NCBI GenBank assembly: GCA_947566075.1
Contig: CANOIM010000010.1
Span: forward strand, 52,187-76,186
From: an uncultured Eggerthellaceae bacterium
GTDB lineage: Bacteria > Actinomycetota > Coriobacteriia > Coriobacteriales > Eggerthellaceae
DNA length: 24,000 nt
Direction of reading: 5' to 3'
A program made the translations under genes and the position numbers. Every line of letters begins with the position of its first letter. Position 1 is the first letter of the stretch. The notes below the pieces were generated by a model. The model was not told where the DNA came from and did no database searches. It saw only the letters and a list, made by a program, of their open reading frames with translations. Shown here in pieces: positions 17,358 through 24,000 of this stretch.

Positions 17358-17702
17358 CTATCTGACCTTGATATCTTGAACATGCACGATGACCTCGCTG
17401 ATGGGAACCTGTGCATACTCGTTGAGGGCGAACTTCACTTGATCGGAGAGGTTCTGGGACACGGTGGAGATATTGGTGCCGTATTCGATCACCACGTAGA
17501 GCTCAACCTTGATCCCCTCTTCCTGAGGAGTGACCACGATACCGCGACGCAGGCGCGAAGCAGGGAGCAGCTTGGCGAAGCCATCGGCCGCATTGGGGGC
17601 GGTCATGCCTACCACTCCATAGCATTCCAGGGCAGCGTAGCCCACTATATCCGCGAGGACATCATTGGCAACATGCAGCTCTCCGGGGATCCTCTCTGCC
17701 AT
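17358..17702 (-). CDS. Asp23/Gls24 (YloU) family envelope stress response protein
   Basis: ALECYGVVGMTAPN..., GIKVELYVVIEYGTNISTVSQNLSDQVKFAL. ATG preceded by AAAGGAG. Confidence 0.9.
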   Translation of the reverse strand: MAERIPGELHVANDVLADIVGYAALECYGVVGMTAPNAADGFAKLLPASRLRRGIVVTPQEEGIKVELYVVIEYGTNISTVSQNLSDQVKFALNEYAQVPISEVIVHVQDIKVR

Positions 17703-17863
17703 GATGCTCCTTTCTCCAACCTGAGCCCGCCCTAAGCGAGGCTGTATGGGATCTGTTGATGGGCGTCAGATGGCAAGCCGTCATCCGATGCCTGTGGTCA
17801 AGCTAGTATAGCGCAAGCGAGACGGGCGCGTCCCCGGCCCGCCGAACCGAAGCCAGGAAGACA

Positions 17864-17894
17864 TTGGCATCCACGGCAAGATATGTGCTATAGT
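17864..17894 (+). promoter_or_regulatory. Candidate rpmB promoter
   Basis: TTGGCA (17864-17869), 19 nt spacer, TATAGT (17889-17894), upstream of rpmB ATG at 17953. Confidence 0.35.
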
Positions 17895-17952
17895 TTCCTG
17901 CTGCTGTTGTAAACCGAACAGGTTCACCCCTGAGAGCAAATAGGAGCAAGCT

Positions 17953-18144
17953 ATGTCACAGGTATGCGAAGTCTGCGGTAAGAAGCCCTCATTCGGGCAT
18001 AACGTGAGCCATTCTCACCGGGTCACGAATAGGATCTTCCGTCCCAATGTGCAGAAGGTCACCATCAAGGACAAGAACGGTCATGTGCGCAAGGCACGCG
18101 TGTGCACCAGCTGCATGAAGGCGGGGAAGGTAGAGCGCGCCTAA
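17953..18144 (+). CDS. rpmB: 50S ribosomal protein L28
   Basis: [38 protein letters not shown]...[15 protein letters not shown]. Preceded by AGGAG. Confidence 0.97.
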   Translation: MSQVCEVCGKKPSFGHNVSHSHRVTNRIFRPNVQKVTIKDKNGHVRKARVCTSCMKAGKVERA

Positions 18145-18184
18145 GCGCACCTGCTGCAACATCCCCCGCTCAGAAGAGCAACGA

Positions 18185-18210
18185 AAAGGCCCCCGCATGG
18201 GGGCCTTTCT
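18185..18210. terminator. Probable bidirectional terminator between convergent rpmB and the zinc-ribbon gene
   Basis: AAAGGCCCCC (18185-18194) / GGGGGCCTTT (18199-18208). U-rich 3' flank on the plus strand and TTTTC on the minus strand. Confidence 0.8.
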
Positions 18211-18248
18211 CATGGCTGCAACCAGGGGCGAAGGATAAGGCGCTTGCC

Positions 18249-18971
18249 CTAGCCTTCCAGGATGAGCAGACGCTTGCAGATGGGACAGAAGGTCACCGGA
18301 GCCTGGGAGCGCAGCTCTATCAAACGACCCGGATCGATGCCAGCCCGGCACACACCGCAACGGCTGCCTTCCAGCTTGCCCACCACCACGCATCCCATGC
18401 GCTCAGAGGTGTCTTTGTAGGCTTCGGCCAATTCCAAGCTGATGGAATCAAGGAGATGGTCACGTTCGGCAGATGCCTGGGAGATGGCCGCCTTGAGGCG
18501 GCTGCCTTCGCGCTTGAACTCTTCGGTTGCCTGAGCCTCAGCGGCATCCAAGGCGCTCAAGGCGCTTGCCACCTGCTCTTCCAACGCTAGGATCTTTGCG
18601 TGCTCAGCATCTATCTGAGCCGTTTCCTCTGCCAGCACCTGCCTGCGGCGGAAGATGCCATCCAATTCCTTGGTACGCGCCTCAACGTTGCGATAATCAC
18701 CACCCGCTGCCTCGATGGCTGCTTGGACCCCCTTCTCCTTCTTCTCCAAAGAGGCATCCTCGTCCTTCACCCGCGTGCGCTTCTTGGCGGATTCCTTCTG
18801 AAGGGCGCTGATCTTGGCGGCCTTGTCCTCAAGGGCGGTTCGCTTGGTGCGGCAATCCAAGATGACCTGCCGCTGGGGAAGCTCTTCCAGATCCCGGGTC
18901 ATGTGCATGATGTTGAAATCAGCTTGCTGCGCCGCGAGCAAGGACTGGATCTCTGTGGGGGTTGCCTGCAC
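18249..18971 (-). CDS. Coiled-coil C4-type zinc-ribbon protein (CT398-like / zf-RING_7)
   Basis: Long N-terminal helical coiled coil followed by GSRCGVCRAGIDPGRLIELRSQAPVTFCPICKRLLIL. Confidence 0.85.
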   Translation of the reverse strand: MQATPTEIQSLLAAQQADFNIMHMTRDLEELPQRQVILDCRTKRTALEDKAAKISALQKESAKKRTRVKDEDASLEKKEKGVQAAIEAAGGDYRNVEARTKELDGIFRRRQVLAEETAQIDAEHAKILALEEQVASALSALDAAEAQATEEFKREGSRLKAAISQASAERDHLLDSISLELAEAYKDTSERMGCVVVGKLEGSRCGVCRAGIDPGRLIELRSQAPVTFCPICKRLLILEG

Positions 18972-19054
18972 GATTCCACCTTTCGCGAACGGAAAGCATC
19001 ACTACGCCCAATTCTAGCGCAAACCGCAGTGCCGCGAAGGGCGGAGAAGCAACC

Positions 19055-20023
19055 CTATAGGCGAATGCTCTCCGGGTAAGACCAACGCTCCGTCTGATCC
19101 AGGATGACGATATCCTCTGAGGAGAGCCCGAAGCCAGCAGCAGCATCAGCCAACACCGCCGTCAAGGGGAATTCGCTCAAGTCATGGCCCAGCTCGATGA
19201 TGCAGAGCCCGGCCTCAGAGAGCTCTAGGGCCTCATGGTATTTGACCTCGCCGCAGATCAGGCAGTCGATACCGGCCGCCAAAGCCTGCTTGCCCAAAGA
19301 GCCTGCACTGCCCGTGGCGCAGACGATGCGCGTCACGGTAGAGCTGAAGCTGCCCCATACTCTGGGCGCTCGGCCGAACACGGACGTGCAACGGGCAGCG
19401 ATATGGGCCAAGGCCTCCGGCTTGCCGCCGTCAGCGCTCACCTTGCAGATCTGACCATAGCCCAAAGAGGGCCGCTTCTCCAGGGGTGCGAGCACCTTTC
19501 CGGTATAGGTGAGACCCAAGAGCTTCGGAAGGATGACCTGGGCCTGCTTGCTGACATCCAAGGAAGTATGGAACGCCATGAGGGCAACGCCGGAGCGGAT
19601 GGCCGCGAAGACACCGGCACCGGGCGAGAGCGCCACTGACCGCTCAGGAGCGAAGGAGTCCGGCGGGTCCAGATAGGCGGGATGATGGGTGAGGAGCACA
19701 TTGGCTCCCGCTTTCGCCGCCTCTTCGATGGCATCCACCGTGGGATCCAGCGCAACGGCCACCTTGGTGATGGGCAGAGCGCGCTCCCCCACCAACAGGC
19801 CGCATCTATCCCAACTCTCAGCGGTCTCATTGGGGAAGAGCTTCAACAGCTGCTGTTCCAGCGCACCTACGGTGCGCACCTGGTCAGACTTGGCCAAGAT
19901 GCGAGAGCCCTGCTTCACCAAGGCGTCAGTAGCGGCCGTGAGGGCCCGAGCCGCCTTCTTCGGCCGCTTCTCCCCCTTGGAAGAGGACTTGCCGGATCTC
20001 TTGTCTTTCTTATCCTTGGACAT
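19055..20023 (-). CDS. Nif3-like dinuclear metal centre hexameric protein
   Basis: SWDRCGLLVG, VLLTHHPAYLDPP, MAFHTSLDV, CLICGEVKYHEALELSEAGLCIIELGHDLSEF. ATG at 20023 has an AAGGAG Shine-Dalgarno site; the track ORF begins at 20056. Confidence 0.9.
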   Translation of the reverse strand: MSKDKKDKRSGKSSSKGEKRPKKAARALTAATDALVKQGSRILAKSDQVRTVGALEQQLLKLFPNETAESWDRCGLLVGERALPITKVAVALDPTVDAIEEAAKAGANVLLTHHPAYLDPPDSFAPERSVALSPGAGVFAAIRSGVALMAFHTSLDVSKQAQVILPKLLGLTYTGKVLAPLEKRPSLGYGQICKVSADGGKPEALAHIAARCTSVFGRAPRVWGSFSSTVTRIVCATGSAGSLGKQALAAGIDCLICGEVKYHEALELSEAGLCIIELGHDLSEFPLTAVLADAAAGFGLSSEDIVILDQTERWSYPESIRL

Positions 20024-20055
20024 GGGAAGCTCCTTGCTCGTGCGTGAGGGATGCA

Positions 20056-20877
20056 TTACTGGTCTAGGGAGATGCTACGCCTATCTCCCGTAGAAGTGGG
20101 CACGGTCACGCAGTTGTAACCTGCCTCTTGCATCAACCGATACCCCAGACGGATATCCCGGGCCACATGGGCGGGTAGGTGGGCATCGGTCCCCACCGTG
20201 CAGGGTACCTCTGCCCGGGCGAAGGCTGCCAAGAGGTCAGGGGCGGGGAAGGCCTCTTCGCAGGCATAATAGGACCCAGAGGTGTTGAGCTCTATCATGC
20301 GCCCTCCCGCCCGGGCCGCTTCAGCCATCTGATCATAGAGGGGCCCTAAGGAAAAGGATGGGTAATGGGCGAACTTCTTCGCCAGGTCAGGGTGGGACAT
20401 GACATGGAAGGGAAGGGATCCATCAGAAGCCGCTTGGCACCAGAGCTCTCCGTAGCGGCGCCAGATGGCATCAGCCGCACCGGGTCCCTCCCACCGGTCC
20501 CGCTGAGCCGGATCATCGAAGGGCCATCGGTCAACGAAATGGACCGAGCCGAGGATCAAATCGAACCGCTCCAGACCCAGGGCCCCCAAGTCCCTATCCT
20601 CATCTTGTCCCAGGTAGTCCAATTCGATGCCCAAGAGGATATCCAAGCCCGGATGGGCGCGCCGGGCCTCCAGAACGCCCTGCTCATAGGATGCCAGCTT
20701 TTCCGGGGGCACCGAGAGGTAGCCAACGGGATCGAAGGCGTCAGAGAGCGGGAAATGGTCCGTGAAGGCCAATGTGGTCAGACCGCAACGCTCCGCTTCG
20801 GCAACGTAGGCCTCAACCTCTCCCTCCCCATGACCGCAGAACCCCGTGTGGCAATGGGTGTTCACCAGTTCAGTCAA
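20056..20877 (-). CDS. PHP-domain phosphatase (histidinol-phosphatase-like)
   Basis: NTHCHTGFCGHGEGEVEAYVAEAERCGLTTLAFTDHFPLS, ILLGIELDYL, LILGSVHFVDRWPFDD, VMSHPDLAKKF. TTG start preceded by GGGAGGG. Confidence 0.85.
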   Translation of the reverse strand: MTELVNTHCHTGFCGHGEGEVEAYVAEAERCGLTTLAFTDHFPLSDAFDPVGYLSVPPEKLASYEQGVLEARRAHPGLDILLGIELDYLGQDEDRDLGALGLERFDLILGSVHFVDRWPFDDPAQRDRWEGPGAADAIWRRYGELWCQAASDGSLPFHVMSHPDLAKKFAHYPSFSLGPLYDQMAEAARAGGRMIELNTSGSYYACEEAFPAPDLLAAFARAEVPCTVGTDAHLPAHVARDIRLGYRLMQEAGYNCVTVPTSTGDRRSISLDQ

Positions 20878-20880
20878 TGC

Positions 20881-22089
20881 TCAACCCTCCCAATCCAAGA
20901 CCTTCGGCACTGCTCGTAGAAGCGCCTCAGCCTGACCTTCATCCGTATAGCGCCCGAAAGAGATGCGAAGCTCTGTTTGAGCCTCATCAGCGCCCACGCC
21001 ACAGGCGCTCAGAACGTGACTGGGCTCGAGGCTGGACGAAGAGCATGCGCTCCCCCCTGACACAGCAAAACCCAGAGCATCGAAGCGCAGCACCGCTGTT
21101 TGGCTCTCGATGCCCTCCAACAGGACGCAGACCACGTTAGGGAGGAAGTCCCGGCTGCCTTCGGGGCATTCCACCGCTGGCTGGATGCGATCGAAGGAGG
21201 AGAGGCGCTCATAGAGCCTATCGCGTATCTGCCTAAGCCGCGCGCTCTCAGCCTCAACATCGGCCGTGGCCGCTGAGGCGGCAGCTGCGAAGCCCACCGC
21301 TCCACAGACGTTCTGGGTGCCGCTGCGCCTGCCGCCTTCTTGACCTCCCCCCAAGATCAAGGGAGAGAACGGACAGCGCCGCTTCAGGTACAGGGCACCT
21401 ACGCCGTAGGGGCCGCCTATCTTGTGAGCAGAGAAGGAGGCGGCATCCACATCCATCTCCCGAAGATGGATGGGCACCTTCCCCAACCCCTGCACGGCAT
21501 CGGTATGGAACAGGGCTCCAGCTTGATGGGCAACGGCAGCCAGCTGCGGGATGGCTTGGATGGAACCCACCTCAGAATTCGCCAGCTGGATGCTCACCAA
21601 GACCGTTTCGGGCGTCAAAGCCTCCTCTAGGGCGCGAACGCTGATGAACCCATCGCGGTCGGGCTTCAAGTAGGTCACCTGGAAGCCCTGGGAAGCCAGG
21701 CGACGGGCTGGCTGAAGCACCGCATCATGTTCTATCTGGGACGTGATGACATGGGGAGTGAACGTCCCGCTCATCTTCCGCACCCGCTCTTCGAAGGCGG
21801 CCTGAGCCACCCCTTCCATAGCAGCGTTATCTGCCTCAGTGGCGCCCGAGGTGAAGATGACCTCATCGGGGCGAGCAGCTCCCAAAGAAGCAGCAAGGCT
21901 GCGCCGAGCCGCCTCCAGGGCCTTGAACGCCTCCCTGCCGGGCCGCGAGAGGGAATTCGGGTTGGCATTGCCTAAGATGGATTCAGGTCCAGCCGCAAGG
22001 TAGGGCTCCATGGCCGCCAATGCTTCAGGCACCCTGGGCGCCGTAGCTGCGTAATCGAAGTAGTGATAGCCTTCCAGGGGCTCAGGCAT
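20881..22089 (-). CDS. Cysteine desulfurase (NifS/IscS family, class V aminotransferase)
   Basis: TSGATEADNAAMEG, SQIEHDAVL, DAVQGLGKVPI, SFSAHKIGGPYGVGALY, GSACSSSSLEPSHVLSA. Confidence 0.94.
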   Translation of the reverse strand: MPEPLEGYHYFDYAATAPRVPEALAAMEPYLAAGPESILGNANPNSLSRPGREAFKALEAARRSLAASLGAARPDEVIFTSGATEADNAAMEGVAQAAFEERVRKMSGTFTPHVITSQIEHDAVLQPARRLASQGFQVTYLKPDRDGFISVRALEEALTPETVLVSIQLANSEVGSIQAIPQLAAVAHQAGALFHTDAVQGLGKVPIHLREMDVDAASFSAHKIGGPYGVGALYLKRRCPFSPLILGGGQEGGRRSGTQNVCGAVGFAAAASAATADVEAESARLRQIRDRLYERLSSFDRIQPAVECPEGSRDFLPNVVCVLLEGIESQTAVLRFDALGFAVSGGSACSSSSLEPSHVLSACGVGADEAQTELRISFGRYTDEGQAEALLRAVPKVLDWEG

Positions 22090-22768
22090 CTTCGCTCACC
22101 TCTTCTGCGATGCGCCTTAAGGCAACAGGGACCTGCACAGGATCAGAGGCCTTGAAGAAAGCATTGCCACAGACCACGCAATCCGCTCCCGCCTGGGCCA
22201 CCTGCCCCACCGTGCCCTCCCCGATGCCGCCATCCACCTGGATGAGGAGGTCAGTCCCCACATCCTCCGCCATCTGGCGCACCTGGGCCACACGGCTGTC
22301 AGACCCTTCGATGAAGGACTGCCCCGAGAACCCCGGTTCCACGCTCATGATGAGGACCATATCCGCGGGCCCGACGAAGGGTTGGATGTCCGCCAGGTCC
22401 GTAGCAGGCTTCACGGATATGCCCGCCCGGGCACCGCCCTCATGGATGAGCTGAATGGCCGTATGAGCCTCTTCCGCGCTCACAGCTTCCCGATGGAAGG
22501 TCACGATATCCGCCCCTGCTTCCAGGAACCAGGGGATCTGGCGCAGGGGATTCGACACCATGAGATGGGCATCCAAGGGCTTTGAGGTGATGCGGCGAAG
22601 GGCTTGCACCAAAGGGATGCCCATGGTGATGTTGGGGACGAAATGACCGTCCATCACATCGATATGGACCCAATCCGCGTCGGCCTCTTCCAGGAGGCTG
22701 ATGGCCCCGGCTATGTCTTCGAAATCAGCCGAGAGGATGGATGGAGCTATGAGCAAAGGGTTCGACAC
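22082..22768 (-). CDS. rpe: Ribulose-phosphate 3-epimerase
   Basis: LSADFEDIAGA, WVHIDVMDGHFVPNITMG, DAHLMVSNP, SVEPGFSGQSFI, QVDGGI. GTG at 22768 has GAGGAGG upstream; the track start is 22792. Confidence 0.93.
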   Translation of the reverse strand: MSNPLLIAPSILSADFEDIAGAISLLEEADADWVHIDVMDGHFVPNITMGIPLVQALRRITSKPLDAHLMVSNPLRQIPWFLEAGADIVTFHREAVSAEEAHTAIQLIHEGGARAGISVKPATDLADIQPFVGPADMVLIMSVEPGFSGQSFIEGSDSRVAQVRQMAEDVGTDLLIQVDGGIGEGTVGQVAQAGADCVVCGNAFFKASDPVQVPVALRRIAEEVSEDA

Positions 22769-22882
22769 GGTCCCTCCTCGGGTCATAGGCAAGCGAACGC
22801 TGCACTCTGTGGTCAGAGGCGTGGGGACTATGATACAGTTTCTTGCAACCTTGCACCCAGCAAGAGAGGAGCAGGTCCACCT

Positions 22883-23314
22883 ATGGGATCTTCCAATGCC
22901 TACGCCACTCCTTTAGGACCCATGCTCATCCAGGAAGACGAAGGGCGCATCTGCCTAGTCTCATTCTCTCCCACTCCTAAGGAAGATAGCAAGCACCCCA
23001 GCACCCTCACCAATGCCTGCGCGAATCAGCTGCTGGAATACCTAGCAGGCAAGCGACGGGTATTCGATGTGCCCCTTGACCTGAAGGGAACGGAGTTCGA
23101 ACAGGCGGTCTGGGAGGCGGTGCAGGCCATCCCCTACGGCCAGACGCGCACCTGCTCAGACATCGCGCGGGCCATAGGGCAACCCACCGCCCATCGCCAA
23201 GTGGGCCGGGCTGCTGCTGATTGTCCCTTGACGCCCCTGGTGCCTGCCCACCGCATCAAGACCCTGGATGACGCCCTCTCCGTCCGCTTCCGGCAGATAG
23301 AAGCTGCTTCCTAG
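22883..23314 (+). CDS. Ogt/MGMT-family alkyltransferase-like protein lacking the acceptor cysteine (PAHR)
   Basis: MGSSNAYATPLGPMLIQEDEGRICLVSF..., FEQAVWEAVQAIPYGQTRTCSDIARAIGQPTAHRQVGRAAADCPLTPLVPAHRI. ATG at 22883; the track ORF starts at 22604 within the region antisense to rpe. Confidence 0.85.
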   Translation: MGSSNAYATPLGPMLIQEDEGRICLVSFSPTPKEDSKHPSTLTNACANQLLEYLAGKRRVFDVPLDLKGTEFEQAVWEAVQAIPYGQTRTCSDIARAIGQPTAHRQVGRAAADCPLTPLVPAHRIKTLDDALSVRFRQIEAAS

Positions 23315-23323
23315 GAGTGATGA

Positions 23324-23353
23324 TTGACAAGACCCAGTACCAAGGAAGATAAT
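23324..23353 (+). promoter_or_regulatory. Promoter of the mazEF-like operon
   Basis: TTGACA (23324-23329), 18 nt spacer, GATAAT (23348-23353). Confidence 0.7.
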
Positions 23354-23377
23354 ATGTATATCTAAGGATATACATAT
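23352..23377. promoter_or_regulatory. Perfect 11-bp inverted repeat, probable autoregulatory operator for the antitoxin
   Basis: ATATGTATATC (23352-23362) TAAG GATATACATAT (23367-23377). It begins at the -10 element and ends 12 bp before the mazE ATG. Confidence 0.7.
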
Positions 23378-23389
23378 GAAAGGAAGCCT

Positions 23390-23659
23390 ATGCAAGCGGT
23401 GATGGCGAAATGGGGCAACAGCAATGCCGTACGGATACCGGTCTCTGTCTGCGAAGAGATGGGCATAGGAGCTGGTTCTGTGGCAGACATCGTCATCGAT
23501 GCTCTTTCCCGCGAAGTCAAGCTCACATTCAAAGAAGATATGCCGAAGTATGCCCGGCACAAGAAGATGACCATGGAGGAGTTCGCCCAAGGATGGAGTG
23601 GTGAGAAAGTAGGCGAAGAGTGGGGCGGGGATGATCTGGGTCACGAGGTGGTGGAGTGA
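23390..23659 (+). CDS. mazE: AbrB/MazE-type antitoxin
   Basis: MQAVMAKWGNSNAVRIPVSVCEEMGIGAGSVADIVID is the canonical MazE N-terminal swapped-hairpin motif. AAAGGAAG lies upstream. Confidence 0.88.
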   Translation: MQAVMAKWGNSNAVRIPVSVCEEMGIGAGSVADIVIDALSREVKLTFKEDMPKYARHKKMTMEEFAQGWSGEKVGEEWGGDDLGHEVVE

Positions 23660-24000
23660 TGCTCTTCGAACAAGGAGATATCATCACGATGGATTTCGAC
23701 CCTACCGTTGGTCATGAACCAAGGAAGCTGCGCCCTGCCCTGGTCGTGAGCGTGGGCTATCACAACAATGCCCTCTCAAGCCTCGTCACCGTGTGCCCTA
23801 TCACGTCCAAGAACAATGGCCATCCCCTTCACGTTCCCATTGCTGAGGGGAATGGCGTAGAGGGTTGCGTCTGCCTAGAGCAGATCCGAGCCGTAGACCT
23901 GGAGAACCCCCAACGCCATGCCTCCCCCACCGGCCGCAGCATGGATGTTGAGACCATGGCCTGTGTCCTTGACGGCCTCGGCGCCATGCTGGGGATATAA
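23656..24000 (+). CDS. mazF: MazF/PemK-family mRNA interferase toxin
   Basis: GDIITMDFDPTVGHEPRKLRPALVVS...VTVCPITSK...LEQIRAVD. ATGA overlap with mazE; the stop codon is the last codon of the window. Confidence 0.9.
   Translation: MMLFEQGDIITMDFDPTVGHEPRKLRPALVVSVGYHNNALSSLVTVCPITSKNNGHPLHVPIAEGNGVEGCVCLEQIRAVDLENPQRHASPTGRSMDVETMACVLDGLGAMLGI

Noticed and set aside
17805-17835. Minus-strand TATACT upstream of the Asp23/YloU gene as a promoter
   Set aside because: A plausible -10 exists but no matching -35 at 16-18 nt; insufficient support.
22604-22882. N-terminal 93 aa of the plus-strand ORF 22604..23314
   Set aside because: Overlaps rpe antisense and does not resemble MGMT. The conserved protein starts at ATG 22883.

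Overview
This 24 kb window looks like a high-GC actinobacterial chromosome segment, probably Coriobacteriia-like; that placement is inferred from gene order and protein character only. Most of it is dense housekeeping DNA on the minus strand. One block is ffh, ftsY, smc, rnc, plsX, rpmF, a DUF177/YceD protein, a DivIVA/coiled-coil protein, rsmD, recG, a DAK/FakA-like protein and an Asp23/YloU protein. A second block is a zinc-ribbon protein, a Nif3-like protein, a PHP phosphatase, a cysteine desulfurase and rpe. rpmB lies on the plus strand between them. rpmF (59 aa) is absent from the supplied ORF track and was read by eye. Accessory material sits at the edges: an endonuclease IV-like gene, a divergent hypothetical gene (1289/1298..2395), a ~760 bp non-coding stretch rich in small palindromes, an Ogt/MGMT-like gene, and a complete mazEF-type toxin-antitoxin pair. 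I see no CRISPR array, prophage, transposase or rRNA, and no obvious new multi-gene defence system. The most notable observations are: (1) the endonuclease IV homologue lacks four of the nine canonical zinc ligands while its ORF stays intact; (2) the Ogt homologue has PAHR in place of PCHR, so it lacks the acceptor cysteine; (3) RNase III has Asn at a conserved metal-ligand position; (4) FtsY carries its acidic extension at the C-terminus, ending in a basic/aromatic tip; (5) a palindrome-rich intergenic region ends in a strong plus-strand terminator.
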